Positions 63,045 through 64,000 of a stretch of 64,000 nt of DNA are shown here, in pieces (position 1 is the first letter of the stretch; every line of letters starts with the position of its first letter). The notes under the pieces were generated by a model. The model was not told the origin of the DNA, ran no database searches, and was given only the letters and a program-made list of their open reading frames with translations. Where the stretch lies: contig NC_085841.1 of the NCBI RefSeq assembly GCF_035594765.1, positions 302,569,402-302,633,401 of the forward strand. The letters are read 5' to 3'. The translations under genes and the position numbers were made by a program. This DNA is from Anolis carolinensis. Lineage: Eukaryota.

Positions 63045-64000
63045 CTCTACAGCCAGACACACAATACAAAAGTATTCTCCAGGTCTTCCCAGAGGTCTTT
63101 GTAGTGATCCTTGCAACAGAGACATAGCTGGATGTTTCTCCACTGTCTCTCTGCTGTCACCTATTAAGTTGCTGTGTCTGGAGGATGCAGGTTAAATAGG
63201 AATTTTGGGAACATGGAGTTGACAAATTCTTTCCTCTATAATGACCCCCACAAAACACACGTTTGATTCATGTATACAAAGAAATGGAAAAATATAGATA
63301 TATCATCTCAGGAAGATCAGATGATGAAAATATTGGAATTACCTGAAACGGACAAATTGGCTCTAACTTATGATCACCCTACTTGAAGGTTTCCTCAACA
63401 GGATTCAATCAGAGGAGTTTTGTCTTTGCCTTCCTCTGAAGATGAGAGAGTGTAACCTCTCCAAAGTCACTCAGTGGGTTTCCTTAGCTGAACAGGCATT
63501 AGAATCCTGTTCTCCCAGAATTTTAGCATGATAATTAATTAATTAATATACTCAGGGGGACCCAGAGTGGACTTAGGGAATTATCACATGTTTCCCCTAA
63601 AATGGGTTCTCCCATGGGAAACCCATTTAAAACAGAGTTGGATGGATCATTTATAGAGCCTTTTGAAGGTGCTTTTCAGCTGTGCTGTGCGATATGGAAA
63701 AGCCACTGGGGAGGAGACAGGGATGGAGGAGTTGTGATGATCCTTCCAACCATTATACCAAAGTCAGCCTTCTCACCTCTTCCCAACTGCAAAGACAAAA
63801 CTGGAATCAAAATGTCATTCAGATTTCACTGGAATTTGAAATGTGATAACCCTTTAACTGCCATGGCAGTGCCTCTCCAAAGGCAGAGAAGGCTAAGGAC
63901 CTTGTGAAATGACAATTCCCAGGACTACATAGCATTGAGCCATAGCAGTCAAAGTGCTCTCAAGGGTGAGACAGAGTGCCTCATCACACTAGAGCATGAA

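Noticed and set aside
1-64000. CRISPR arrays, operons or other prokaryotic systems
   Set aside because: Vertebrate intron-exon genes throughout; no regularly spaced repeat-spacer array.

Overview
Eukaryotic (squamate reptile) genomic DNA. The repeat content (Sauria SINE, 5S-derived SINE, BovB/RTE, L2, R4/Dong, Penelope, hAT and mariner MITEs) suggests an anole lizard; the species is an inference. The window covers the conserved vertebrate DGKZ-MDK-CHRM4 block: the last coding exon and 3' UTR of DGKZ (+, 5501-~9030), the four coding exons of midkine (+, 39962-47063, 142 aa) and the single coding exon of the M4 muscarinic receptor (-, 58443-59852), convergent with MDK. Most of the remainder is transposable-element derived. 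Main observations: (1) a possible unannotated spliced transcript from a CRE-containing CpG island at ~22 kb, with candidate exons at 23818-23969 and from 25153 that join in frame into a 64-aa ORF; (2) Penelope-type repeats carrying minimal hammerhead ribozyme motifs, including a 234-bp TSD-flanked palindrome with an intact hammerhead core on each strand; (3) one TAA microsatellite (an L2 tail) that has taken two R4/Dong LINEs and a MITE; (4) a GC-rich multi-hairpin element; (5) a multi-layer nested transposon at 14961-16990. All family assignments come from recognised motifs, not database searches. Most short ORFs in the supplied track are spurious.
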